Source: Proteobacteria bacterium CG1_02_64_396
GTDB taxonomy: Bacteria; Pseudomonadota; MNWR01; CG1-02-64-396
Assembly (NCBI GenBank): GCA_001872725.1
Contig: MNWR01000081.1
Span: 33,849-97,848, forward strand
Direction of reading: 5' to 3'
Length of the DNA: 64,000 nt
Part shown: piece after piece, positions 19,524 through 28,562 of the stretch
Layout of the letters: each line of letters starts with the position of its first letter
How positions within the stretch are numbered: the first letter of the stretch is position 1
The notes under the pieces: model-generated
Told to the model about the DNA's origin: nothing
Databases searched by the model: none
Seen by the model: only the letters and a program-made list of their open reading frames with translations
Translations under genes and position numbers: made by a program

Positions 19524-21256
19524 GAAGTAGCCGCCTGTTCGGCGCGAAATTGCATGTGGTACAGCCCGGCGTAGGCGCCATTGCGGGCCAGAAGTTCGTC
19601 GTGTTTGCCCTCTTCGACGATCTCGCCGCGCTGCATCACCACGATCCGGTCGGCGTGGCGGATGGTCGACAAGCGGTGGGCGATCACCAGGGTGGTGCGC
19701 CCCACCATCAGCCGATCAATCGCCTGCTGCACCATCGCTTCCGATTCGCTATCGAGGGCCGATGTCGCCTCGTCGAGAATTAAAATCGGGGCATCCTTGA
19801 GTAGCGACCGGGCGATGGAGACCCGCTGCCGCTGCCCCCCGGAGAGTCGCCCCCCCCGCTCCCCGGCCAGCGCTTCGAATCGCTCGGGAATTTGCTCGAT
19901 GAATTCCAGTGCGAAAGCGTCGGCGGCGGCGGCGCGCACCTGCTCGGGCGAGACGTCGTCACGACCGTAGGCGATGTTCTCGTGCAGGGTTTCGTTGAAG
20001 AGGATCACCTCTTGAGTCACCAGGGCGATGCCGCCGCGCAGCGATTCAAGCTCCATGTCGCGGATGTCGACCCCCCCGATTTCGATGCTCCCCCCCTGGG
20101 GGTCGTAGAAACGGGGAATCAGGTTGGCCAAGGTCGACTTGCCCGAGCCCGATGCCCCTACCAGCGCCACCACTTCCCCTTGCCTGACGGTCAGATCGAT
20201 CCCCTTGAGCGCCTCCTCCTTGCTGTCGGGGTAGGCAAAACGCAGCCCCTTGATGGCAATGTCGCCGGTGGGACGGTTCAAAAGGCGCTGCCCGGTGTTG
20301 GTTTCGGGGGGGCTATCGATGATGGCGAACACCCGGTCAGCGGCCGCCAATCCCTCATGCATCTTGTTGTTGAAGGTCGACAGCCGTTTGACCGGCTCAT
20401 AGACCATCAACAGAGCGGTGAGGAACGAAAAGAAATTGCCGGGGGTGGTGGTGCCGGCGATGACGTTGCTGCCGCCGTAGTAAACCACCAAGGCAATACC
20501 GAAGGAGGCAAACATCTCAACAATCGGGGAAGAGGTGGTGTTGTAGGTCTCGGTCTTGATGCCCAGGCGGGCCAGCTCGTCGACCATCTTGCGGAAACGT
20601 CCCGCCTCGTGCCTCTGCATGCCGAAGGCTTTAACAATTCGGATGCCCCCCAGGGTTTCTTCAAGGCGGGAGGTCAACATCCCCATGTTTTGGGCGGTTT
20701 GCTGAGCAATCTTTTTGATGCGCCTGGCGATGATGACCACCGGCATCATCGCCAGGGGGAAGACGATCAGGGTGTAAAAGGCGAGCAGCGGATCGCGGTA
20801 GATGACCAGGGCGACCAGAAACAGGGCGGTGAGCAGGTCGCGCACTGCGCCGGTCACCAGCATGGTTAACCCCGCCTCGATGGTCAGCACGTCATAGGTG
20901 ACCCGGCTCATCAATTGCCCCTTACCCTGACGGTCGATGACCGTCATGGGTAGGGAGAGGATGTGGGTGTACAGGTCGCTACGCAGCGCGGCGATCACCG
21001 AGTGCCGGGTTTTGGCCATCAACACACCCTGCCCGAAATAGGCCACCCCCTTGGTCGTGTAAATGGCGATGACGATCCAAGGGAGAATCACCAGCGCTTG
21101 CTCGTTCTTGGCGACAAAAACGTCGTCGAGAATGGGCTGAATGACGAAGGCGGTTCCAGCGGTGGCGGCGGCCACCACCACCATGCAGAGCATGGCGAGG
21201 ATCAGGGTCGAAACGTGGGGGCGCAGATACTGGAGCAGGCGGCGCAGGTGGTTCAT
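19520..21256 (-). CDS. msbA: Lipid A / lipid export ABC transporter, fused permease-ATPase (MsbA-like)
   Basis: Six N-terminal TM helices; Walker A GASGSGKST; signature LSGGQRQRVSIARSLL; Walker B ILILDEATSALD. 578 aa. Confidence 0.8.
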   Translation of the reverse strand: MNHLRRLLQYLRPHVSTLILAMLCMVVVAAATAGTAFVIQPILDDVFVAKNEQALVILPWIVIAIYTTKGVAYFGQGVLMAKTRHSVIAALRSDLYTHILSLPMTVIDRQGKGQLMSRVTYDVLTIEAGLTMLVTGAVRDLLTALFLVALVIYRDPLLAFYTLIVFPLAMMPVVIIARRIKKIAQQTAQNMGMLTSRLEETLGGIRIVKAFGMQRHEAGRFRKMVDELARLGIKTETYNTTSSPIVEMFASFGIALVVYYGGSNVIAGTTTPGNFFSFLTALLMVYEPVKRLSTFNNKMHEGLAAADRVFAIIDSPPETNTGQRLLNRPTGDIAIKGLRFAYPDSKEEALKGIDLTVRQGEVVALVGASGSGKSTLANLIPRFYDPQGGSIEIGGVDIRDMELESLRGGIALVTQEVILFNETLHENIAYGRDDVSPEQVRAAAADAFALEFIEQIPERFEALAGERGGRLSGGQRQRVSIARSLLKDAPILILDEATSALDSESEAMVQQAIDRLMVGRTTLVIAHRLSTIRHADRIVVMQRGEIVEEGKHDELLARNGAYAGLYHMQFRAEQAATS

Positions 21257-21368
21257 GCAGGGTTCTCAACGTGGCGAGGTCGGGGAGGGATGATTCCACC
21301 CCCCGACCCCGTGCTGCGATGTACGGCGATGTCGTTCCAAGCAAGTGGTGGATCGCCGACGGGAATAT

Positions 21369-22058
21369 TCAGAGCAGGTCCATCCCTTCGCGCAGCTTTT
21401 CGATGTCGATCAACACGTCGCGCCCCTCGGAGGCCTCGATCAGGCCATCGCGGCGTAGTTGACTGATGGTGCGGCTGATCGATTCGCGGCTGGTGCCCAG
21501 TTGATTGGCGATGGTTTGGTGGGTTGGCAGGGTGAGGCGCACCCGGGTTTCGTCGAAGGCGGCGCCGTGACGCTCGGAGAGCTCGATGAGAAAATCCATC
21601 AAGCGATGGGCCACATCCATGGTGCATAGACGCTCCAGAACCCGAGAAGTCAAGCGTATGCGTCGCACGAGTTCTTGAATCAGATCCATCATCATGTCGG
21701 GGTTGTTGCGCATCATGTTCAGGAAGGGTTCGCGCTGCAGATGCAGGGTTTCGGTTTTTTCCTGGGCCATGACGGTGGCCGAGCGGGGCTCGTTGTCGAG
21801 CAGGCTCATTTCGCCGAAGAACTGCCCCGGCTCCAGGGTCGAGAGGATGACCTCCTGCCCCTCGCCGGTGAAATAAACCACCTTCACCGAACCCTTGATG
21901 ATGATCTCCATGCTGTCGCCGATCTCCCCCTCGTGGACGATGATCGCCCCGCGGGGATAACAGCGGTGGGTGACCAACGACTCGATCCGTTTGAGCTGAT
22001 CGTCGGTCAAGCGTTGGAAAATCGGTACGTTTTTGAGTCGATGAACAATGTTCAACAA
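21369..22058 (-). CDS. Crp/Fnr-family transcriptional regulator (cNMP-binding plus HTH)
   Basis: cNMP-binding beta-roll (GEIGDSMEIIIKGSVKV...FFGEMSLL) and C-terminal HTH (THQTIANQLGTSRESISRTISQLRRDGLI). No N-terminal Cys cluster, so not an FNR-type O2 sensor. Confidence 0.8.
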   Translation of the reverse strand: MLNIVHRLKNVPIFQRLTDDQLKRIESLVTHRCYPRGAIIVHEGEIGDSMEIIIKGSVKVVYFTGEGQEVILSTLEPGQFFGEMSLLDNEPRSATVMAQEKTETLHLQREPFLNMMRNNPDMMMDLIQELVRRIRLTSRVLERLCTMDVAHRLMDFLIELSERHGAAFDETRVRLTLPTHQTIANQLGTSRESISRTISQLRRDGLIEASEGRDVLIDIEKLREGMDLL

Positions 22059-22182
22059 GGCCGTGCCCCCCCGGAATTACACGGTCGCTACAAGCGCAGT
22101 CGCGATGGGATCGAATCGGAAAAACCCAAGCAGAAGGTGCATGATGGGACCATGCCGGACGATTTTCCAGAATTCCCTCAAG

Positions 22183-22536
22183 TCAAACGTCGGTATTGGT
22201 ATCGGGCTGAAACAGGGTGACCGGATCGAGGGAAAAGGGGTGGGTCCCTTCGAGCAGAGCGACCAGCTGGGGCAGGATGGTCCGCATACGGTCGGCATCG
22301 TCGACCACCTCGACCACCAACGGGAGCGCCTGGCTCAGGCGTAGCAGGCTGGTGATGTGGGGTTTTCCACTGCGACCGATACCGGCTACCGCCCGAAAGA
22401 TCGAGGCGCCGGCCAGGCCGTGGGTATGAAAAAAATCGAGGAGTTTCTCGGCCAACGGGGGTTCGCCGGGGCGATGGTCGTCCTCGGTTAGATAAATTCT
22501 CAAGCGCTGGGCCTGGACAATGCGGTAACGTTCCAC
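22183..22536 (-). CDS. DUF190 / PII-like family protein
   Basis: 117 aa; pattern [45 protein letters not shown] matches the DUF190 fold signature. Confidence 0.55.
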   Translation of the reverse strand: MERYRIVQAQRLRIYLTEDDHRPGEPPLAEKLLDFFHTHGLAGASIFRAVAGIGRSGKPHITSLLRLSQALPLVVEVVDDADRMRTILPQLVALLEGTHPFSLDPVTLFQPDTNTDV

Positions 22537-22646
22537 GGTGCCTCCAAGGGTTGGCGAGCTGTCGGGCCGACACCTCTTTTCGTGTGCAGCGCGCGTCCCG
22601 ATTTGGGTCCGCCGTTTTCAAACGTTACTATAGGAGAAACCAATTG

Positions 22647-23231
22647 ATGCGTGTATCGGCCTTCATGACCTCGGTCTGGCTGGGTATTGCCCTTCTTTTT
22701 TCCGCTAATACAGCCTCTGCAGGAGAGTCCCCCGTGATCGAAATGACCACCAACCTGGGCACCATCAAAATCGCCCTGGATGCCGACAAAGCCCCCAAGA
22801 CGGTCGCCAACTTTTTGGCCTATGTCGACAGCGGCTTTTTCGACGGCAAGATTTTTCACCGGGTCATTCCCGGCTTTATGGTTCAGGGGGGGGGCTTTGA
22901 TGCCGACATGAATCAGCCTCCGACCAAGGCCCCCATTGCCAATGAGGCCGACAACGGTCTGAAGAACGACCGTGGCACCCTGGCTATGGCCCGCACCTCC
23001 GATCCCAACAGCGCTACCGCCCAGTTCTTTATCAATCTGGTCGATAACAGCTTCCTCAATTTCAAAAGCAAAACCCCCAACGGTTGGGGCTACTGCGTCT
23101 TCGGCAAGGTGGTCGAGGGGATGGATGTGGTCGATCAGATTGCCAAGGTGCGCACCACCTCCAAACGGGGTCATGGCGATGTGCCGGTCGATCCGGTGGT
23201 CATCCAAAAGGCGGTTCGCGTTCAGAACTGA
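22647..23231 (+). CDS. ppiA: Periplasmic peptidyl-prolyl cis-trans isomerase, cyclophilin type
   Basis: Signal peptide [25 protein letters not shown]; cyclophilin motifs [15 protein letters not shown] and [14 protein letters not shown] at 22647 with AGGAG 9 nt upstream. Confidence 0.85.
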   Translation: MRVSAFMTSVWLGIALLFSANTASAGESPVIEMTTNLGTIKIALDADKAPKTVANFLAYVDSGFFDGKIFHRVIPGFMVQGGGFDADMNQPPTKAPIANEADNGLKNDRGTLAMARTSDPNSATAQFFINLVDNSFLNFKSKTPNGWGYCVFGKVVEGMDVVDQIAKVRTTSKRGHGDVPVDPVVIQKAVRVQN

Positions 23232-23270
23232 TCGGTTCGTCGCCATTTCTCGTCGTTTCAGCGCAAACCC

Positions 23271-24194
23271 ATGGAATCCATCGTGACGATCCCCACGATT
23301 CGCAAGGCGGTTTTTCCCGTCGGCGGGTTGGGAACCCGGTTCCTGCCCGCCACCAAGGCAATCCCCAAAGAGATGCTCCCCATCGTTGATAAACCGCTGG
23401 TGCAGTATGCGGTTGAGGAGGCGGTGGCAGCGGGGTGCGACGAAATCATCTTTGTTACCGGGCGGGGCAAAACGGCGTTGGAAGACCACTTCGACCGTTC
23501 CCTTGAACTCGAAGAATCGCTGCGTCGCGCCGCCAAAGAGGTACTGCTGACTCGGGCGACCGAGATGCCCCCTCCGGGCATTCGCATGGTCTATACCCGT
23601 CAGGGTGAGGCGTTGGGGCTAGGTCATGCGGTGTTGTGCGCCGAGGCGTTGGTGGGCAACGAGCCCTTTGCGGTGATTCTGGCCGACGATTTCATCCTCA
23701 GCGACCGAGCCGGGGCGCTGGCCCAGATGGTCTCGGCCTATCGGGGGGGGGCGCTGCTGGCGGTACAAGAGGTGCCCGACGACGAGATCAGCCGTTATGG
23801 GGTGATCCGTCCAGGTGGTGAGGTCGCTGGTTGTATCGCCGTCGAGGCGATGGTCGAAAAACCCCCCGCCGATCAGGCTCCCAGCAATCTGGGGGTGGTC
23901 GGGCGGTACATCTTGCCCCCCGAGATTTTTCAAACCTTGCGTACCACCCCCAAAGGCAAGGGGGGGGAGATCCAGTTGACCGACGCCATCGCAGCGTTGA
24001 TCGGTCGTTATCCGGTGGGCGCATTTCGGTTTCACGGCACCCGTTACGATTGTGGCTCCAAGGGGGGATTCCTAGCCGCCAATCTTCGGGTGGGACTCGA
24101 CCACCCCGAAGTGGCCAAGGAACTCAGCCGGGTGATTCGGCAATCGGGGACCGACCGAGCCCGCCTTATTCAGGCATTGGAGAGCGGCAGTTGA
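23271..24194 (+). CDS. galU: UTP--glucose-1-phosphate uridylyltransferase
   Basis: KAVFPVGGLGTRFLPATKAIPKEMLPIVDKPLVQYAVEEA N-terminal signature; 307 aa. Confidence 0.85.
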   Translation: MESIVTIPTIRKAVFPVGGLGTRFLPATKAIPKEMLPIVDKPLVQYAVEEAVAAGCDEIIFVTGRGKTALEDHFDRSLELEESLRRAAKEVLLTRATEMPPPGIRMVYTRQGEALGLGHAVLCAEALVGNEPFAVILADDFILSDRAGALAQMVSAYRGGALLAVQEVPDDEISRYGVIRPGGEVAGCIAVEAMVEKPPADQAPSNLGVVGRYILPPEIFQTLRTTPKGKGGEIQLTDAIAALIGRYPVGAFRFHGTRYDCGSKGGFLAANLRVGLDHPEVAKELSRVIRQSGTDRARLIQALESGS

Positions 24195-24991
24195 TTCGAC
24201 TCAACCAGGTGGTCAAACGGTTTGAAGGCCGCTTGGTTACCGACCATGTCAGTGCCAACTTCCCCCAAGGGAAGGTCAGCGTCATTCTGGGGGGCAGCGG
24301 CTCGGGCAAGAGCACCCTGCTGCGCCAGATGACCGGCCTGCTGCCCCCCGACGGGGGGATGATCGAGATCGACGGGCAGGATGTGCCCCAGCTGGGGCGG
24401 CGCGATCTGTACCGACTGCGTCAGAGGCTGGGGATGCTGTTTCAGAACGGCGCTCTGCTCAACGCCATGAACGTGTTCGAGAACATCGCCTTTCCCATGC
24501 GGGCCCACACCAACCTATCGGAACGGATGATCCGTATCATCGTCGGCATCAAGCTCGAAATGGTGGGGCTGCGCGGGACCGAACACCTCATGGCCTCCGA
24601 ACTCTCCGGCGGGATGGTCAAACGGGTCGCTCTGGCCCGGGCCATTGCCTTGGATCCCCCCGTGATGTTCTTCGACGAGCCCTTTTCGGGGCTCGATCCG
24701 ATCAGCGCCGGGGTGATCGAGAAATTAATCCTCGACTACAAAAAGATCCGGGGGGCGACCTGTGTGGTGGTTTCCCACGACATCCCCTCTACCTTCCGTA
24801 TGGCCGACCACATCATCATCCTCAGTCATGGGCGGGTGATCGCCCAGGGCAGCGCCCAAGAGATCCAACAATCGCCCCATCCCGAGGTGCAGCAGTTCAT
24901 TCAAGGATTGCCCGACGGCCCCATCCGCTTTCGGTATCCGGCGCAGGCCCCTCTTCAGGACGATTTGATGCAAAGGGCACAGCGGTTATGA
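24191..24991 (+). CDS. mlaF: Phospholipid ABC transporter ATP-binding protein MlaF
   Basis: Walker A GGSGSGKST, signature LSGGMVKRVALARA, Walker B MFFDEPFSGLD. The ORF's upstream extension overlaps galU; the in-frame TTG at 24191 overlaps the galU stop. Confidence 0.8.
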   Translation: MIRLNQVVKRFEGRLVTDHVSANFPQGKVSVILGGSGSGKSTLLRQMTGLLPPDGGMIEIDGQDVPQLGRRDLYRLRQRLGMLFQNGALLNAMNVFENIAFPMRAHTNLSERMIRIIVGIKLEMVGLRGTEHLMASELSGGMVKRVALARAIALDPPVMFFDEPFSGLDPISAGVIEKLILDYKKIRGATCVVVSHDIPSTFRMADHIIILSHGRVIAQGSAQEIQQSPHPEVQQFIQGLPDGPIRFRYPAQAPLQDDLMQRAQRL

Positions 24992-25758
24992 ATCCCATTG
25001 AGCGTTTGGGGCGGTTGGGGGTGCGCACCCTGCTGGCTTTTGGCGATGCCGGTACCTTTCTGGCCGAAACGGTGCGGGCATCGGTTTTGCCTCCGGTGCG
25101 CCTGCGCTTTGTAATCGATCAAGTTTTCGACATCGGCGTTAAATCGTTGGTCATCATTGTTGTGACCGGTCTGTTCACCGGCATGGTGTTGGGGCTCCAG
25201 GGTTACAACACCTTGAGCAAATTCGGCTCGGAGGAGGCGCTGGGCACCTTCGTGGCGCTTTCGTTGATTCGAGAGTTGGGGCCGGTACTCGGTGGCTTGC
25301 TGGTGGCTGGACGGGCCGGATCGGCGATCACCGCCGAGATCGGTTTGATGAAAACCACCGAACAGATCGCCGCCCTTGAGGTCATGGCGGTCGATCCCAT
25401 GGGGCGGGTGGTGGCGCCGCGTTGGTTGGCCGGGATGATCGCGGTGCCACTGCTGGTGGCGATCTTCGATGTGGTGGGGATCTACGGCGGCTATCTGGTC
25501 GGAGTCGACATGCTGGGGGTGAATCCCGGCGCCTATTGGGTCGAGATGGAGAAATACGTCGATTTCGACGAAGACGTTTTTGGGGGGATGGTCAAGGCCT
25601 TTGTTTTCGGCTTGTTCCTCACCTGGATGGCGACCCATCAGGGTTGGAGTTGCCGCCCCACCTCTGAAGGGGTGGGGCAAGCGACCACCCGCACCGTGGT
25701 GATCTCCTCGGTGGGGATCCTCATCATCGACTACGTGTTGACCGCCATTTTGATGTGA
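24988..25758 (+). CDS. mlaE: Phospholipid ABC transporter permease MlaE
   Basis: 256 aa, 5-6 TM helices, MlaE-like conserved region (IRELGPVLGGLLVAGRAGSAITAEIG). ATGA overlap with mlaF. Confidence 0.8.
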   Translation: MNPIERLGRLGVRTLLAFGDAGTFLAETVRASVLPPVRLRFVIDQVFDIGVKSLVIIVVTGLFTGMVLGLQGYNTLSKFGSEEALGTFVALSLIRELGPVLGGLLVAGRAGSAITAEIGLMKTTEQIAALEVMAVDPMGRVVAPRWLAGMIAVPLLVAIFDVVGIYGGYLVGVDMLGVNPGAYWVEMEKYVDFDEDVFGGMVKAFVFGLFLTWMATHQGWSCRPTSEGVGQATTRTVVISSVGILIIDYVLTAILM

Positions 25759-25775
25759 AGCTTAAGGAGCTGACG

Positions 25776-26222
25776 ATGCCCCGTTGGGTCGATTTTGTGG
25801 TCGGGTTGTTCATGGTGGCGGGGATCGCCGCCATGGGGTACCTGGCGGTTAATTTAGGCAATCTGCAGATCGGCAATCAAAATGTTTACACCCTGCATGC
25901 CACCTTTCCCACCGTCAGCGGCCTGAAGTTGGGGGCACAGGTGGAACTTGCCGGGGTGCCGATCGGCCGGGTCGCCCTTATTGCGGTCGACAAATTGCAG
26001 GACCGGGCCGATGTCGACATCGAGGTTAGGGGCGACATCAGGCTGCCCGACGATACCTTTGCCTCGGTTCGGACCCAGGGGATCATCGGCGATAAGTACA
26101 TCCAACTGACCCCTGGTGGCTCTCTCGACATTCTCGGCGACGGGGACGAAATCACCGAAACCGAAGGGTCGCTCCAGCTTGAAGAGCTGATTAGCAAGTA
26201 CATTTTTGAGAAGGATAAGTGA
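25776..26222 (+). CDS. mlaD: MCE-domain periplasmic substrate-binding component MlaD
   Basis: N-terminal TM anchor plus MCE domain (YTLHATFPTVSGLKLGAQVELAGVPIGRV). ATG at 25776 with AAGGAG 6 nt upstream. Confidence 0.75.
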   Translation: MPRWVDFVVGLFMVAGIAAMGYLAVNLGNLQIGNQNVYTLHATFPTVSGLKLGAQVELAGVPIGRVALIAVDKLQDRADVDIEVRGDIRLPDDTFASVRTQGIIGDKYIQLTPGGSLDILGDGDEITETEGSLQLEELISKYIFEKDK

Positions 26223-26238
26223 ACGGATTCCCCCCCTC

Positions 26239-27618
26239 ATGACCCCCCCAACCTCTACCTCCACCCCCCTGGTTATGGGCCGTATTTGGGCGCTGTTGTG
26301 GGGCGCCCTGGGGTGGGGCGTGTCGGCGTCGTTTGCTGGCGCTGCCCCCTTGTCCCTAAACGACCTTCTGGATCGGGTCGACACCACCTCGGCCGAGCTG
26401 CAAGAACACGACGCCAAAATCGACGAGGCCCAAGCCCTGCTTGACCAGGTATTGGGCAGCAGCGGGCCGAGTTTCTCGATGCGGCTGTTTGCCGGTCCCA
26501 CCTCGAAGGCGAGGGGGGATCAAGTCACCTCCCCCGATTCCCAGTGGCGCCTTTCGGGGTTGTCCGATTGGGAGGGGCTCGATTTCAGCGTCATTCAGCC
26601 CCTTGCCGGGTTTGGTCGTTTCGAGGCCTACAAAAGGGCCGCCGAGGCCAACATCGTCATGGAGGAGGCGGCCAAAGAGGTGAAGCGGGCCGAACTGCGA
26701 CAACAGGTTCGGGCGCTTTATTTTGGTGCTTGGGTGGCCCGCGACATCACAGTGTTGTTGCAGGAGAGCCTCGATCGGGTCGAGAAGGCGATCGGTATCG
26801 TCGAGGATGCGCTTGATGAGGGGAACGAAGACTTTTCCTCTGTCGATCTACTGAAGCTCAAAAGTGGCAAGGGGAAAATCGACGGTTTTATGCCCCAAGC
26901 CAAGGCGGCTCAGCTGATGGCGGTTGAGGCGCTGCGCGGACTGCTCAGGTTGGGACCGAACGAGACGGTCGAACTGCCCAATTACCCGATTCAGGCGCCC
27001 AGTTTGCCTGCCGACGCATTGGCGGTGCTGCAATCGAGGGCCTTGGAGCAACGGCCTGAAATGCAGCAGGTCGCGGCGGGACTCGCCGCCACCCAGGCTT
27101 TGAGCGATGCCGAACAAGCCAATGGCCGTCCCGTGGCTGCCCTGGCACTGGTCGGTTCGGCGGCCCATGCCGGCAACCGTTCACGCATCGACAACCCTTT
27201 CATCAACGACCCCTTCAACCACCTGTACGGCACCGTGCTCGTGGCGCTGCAATGGGAGATCAACATGGGGGTTCACGATGCCAAAGTCGCCCAGGCCCAG
27301 GCCAAGGCGGCTCAGGTGGCAGCCAAGGAGCGTTTTGCCCGCACCGGCATTCCCCTCCAGGTCATGCAGGCCTACTACGAAACCCTGCAATATAACGAGA
27401 CGGTGAAGGGATTCAGGGATGCCTACAAAGCGGGCAATCAATGGTTGGTGGCCGCCTATGCCGACTTCGAAATGGGGGTGGGGCAGGCCAAGGAGGTTTT
27501 CGATGCGTTGTCCGAATACACCCTGAATCGGGTGGCCTATTTACAAGCGGTGTATGCGTTGCAGTTATCGACCGGTCGCCTGGTTCAGGCGGTGGGGGGA
27601 GACAAAGATGATCGGTAG
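26239..27618 (+). CDS. TolC-family outer-membrane efflux protein (OEP) embedded in the mla operon
   Basis: Signal-peptide-like LWGALGWGVSASFAGAAPLS; two OEP repeats with coiled-coil helices (LNDLLDRVDTTSAELQEHDAKIDEAQALLDQ...; ALQLSTGRLVQAVGG). Start uncertain among the TTG at 26206 and ATGs at 26239/26275. Confidence 0.6.
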   Translation: MTPPTSTSTPLVMGRIWALLWGALGWGVSASFAGAAPLSLNDLLDRVDTTSAELQEHDAKIDEAQALLDQVLGSSGPSFSMRLFAGPTSKARGDQVTSPDSQWRLSGLSDWEGLDFSVIQPLAGFGRFEAYKRAAEANIVMEEAAKEVKRAELRQQVRALYFGAWVARDITVLLQESLDRVEKAIGIVEDALDEGNEDFSSVDLLKLKSGKGKIDGFMPQAKAAQLMAVEALRGLLRLGPNETVELPNYPIQAPSLPADALAVLQSRALEQRPEMQQVAAGLAATQALSDAEQANGRPVAALALVGSAAHAGNRSRIDNPFINDPFNHLYGTVLVALQWEINMGVHDAKVAQAQAKAAQVAAKERFARTGIPLQVMQAYYETLQYNETVKGFRDAYKAGNQWLVAAYADFEMGVGQAKEVFDALSEYTLNRVAYLQAVYALQLSTGRLVQAVGGDKDDR

Positions 27619-28261
27619 TCGTGGATGGAGCGCGTTGCGCCGCTTGATTGCGATGGTGGTTGTTCTCGGAGCCCTTTTGGGCGCAGGGATGCATCAAGCG
27701 GTGGCCCAGTCTTCGGCAACTGAGGTGGTGTCGACCACCGTGAATCATGTGCTGGAGATCCTGCGCGATCCCGCTCTCAAGGGGGCCGAGAAGGCGGCAC
27801 AACGGCGCCAGCTTATCAGTGACACCATCTGGGCCCATTTCGATTTCGATTCGATGGCCTCATCGACCCTCGGCTCAACCTGGCGAGAAATGACCCCTCC
27901 CGAACGGAACCGTTTTCTTGGCCTGTTCCGCGATCTTCTGCACCGCTCTTACATCGGCGCCATCGAGTCCTACACCGACGAAAAGGTGGTGTTCACCAGT
28001 GAGGAGCCGGTGGGGAGCAAGGGGAACAAGATGGTGGTTCACAGCGAGATCCAGCGCCCCCCCGCCGAGCCGATCCCCATCGATTACCGGCTCAAGCAGA
28101 AGGGGCAGGACTGGTGGGTGTACGACATCTACGTCGAGGGGGTGAGCCTCATCAGCAACTATCAGAACTCCTTCCGCAAGATCGTCGCCAAGGATGGGGT
28201 GTCGGGATTGCTGGATCGATTGCGTAAGAAGGTCGAATCCAACGAGAGCGGCGATGTCTGA
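27608..28261 (+). CDS. mlaC: Periplasmic phospholipid-binding protein MlaC (Ttg2D/toluene-tolerance family)
   Basis: Signal peptide MIGSRGWSALRRLIAMVVVLGALLGAGMHQAVA; MlaC-like core (ILRDPALKG...RFLGLFRDLLHRSYIG...DWWVYDIYVEGVSLI). Overlaps the OMP gene end by 11 nt. Confidence 0.75.
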   Translation: MIGSRGWSALRRLIAMVVVLGALLGAGMHQAVAQSSATEVVSTTVNHVLEILRDPALKGAEKAAQRRQLISDTIWAHFDFDSMASSTLGSTWREMTPPERNRFLGLFRDLLHRSYIGAIESYTDEKVVFTSEEPVGSKGNKMVVHSEIQRPPAEPIPIDYRLKQKGQDWWVYDIYVEGVSLISNYQNSFRKIVAKDGVSGLLDRLRKKVESNESGDV

Positions 28262-28562
28262 TCCCGGCGGTTTGCACATCGAGGGGGATCAAGTGGTACT
28301 GAGCGGCGACCTGACCTTCGCGACGGTTCCCGCCCTTGAAACCCGTCTTAATGGCCACAACGGGGGTACCTTGAACACCTTCGATCTGACCCGGGTCGCC
28401 GCCTTCGACAGTGCCGGGTTGGCATTGCTGGTGGTGTTGGCGGCCCGCCTGGAGGGGGTTCGTCCCCGGTTGATCGGGGTCAGCGCCGAGGTGGCCAGCC
28501 TGCTGGCGATGGGGGGGGTGTCCGACCTGTTTCATTGGGAAGGTAAACCATCCCCCCCTTGA
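28254..28562 (+). CDS. mlaB: STAS-domain protein MlaB
   Basis: 102 aa anti-sigma-antagonist-like fold (LSGDLTFATVPALETRL...FDLTRVAAFDSAGLALLV). ATG overlaps the mlaC stop. Confidence 0.7.
   Translation: MSDPGGLHIEGDQVVLSGDLTFATVPALETRLNGHNGGTLNTFDLTRVAAFDSAGLALLVVLAARLEGVRPRLIGVSAEVASLLAMGGVSDLFHWEGKPSPP

Noticed and set aside
22516-22630. Two AACGTT palindromic hexamers about 95 bp apart in the DUF190/ppiA divergent region, considered as regulator sites
   Set aside because: A 6-bp palindrome occurring twice is well within chance expectation for 64 kb, and one copy is inside coding sequence.
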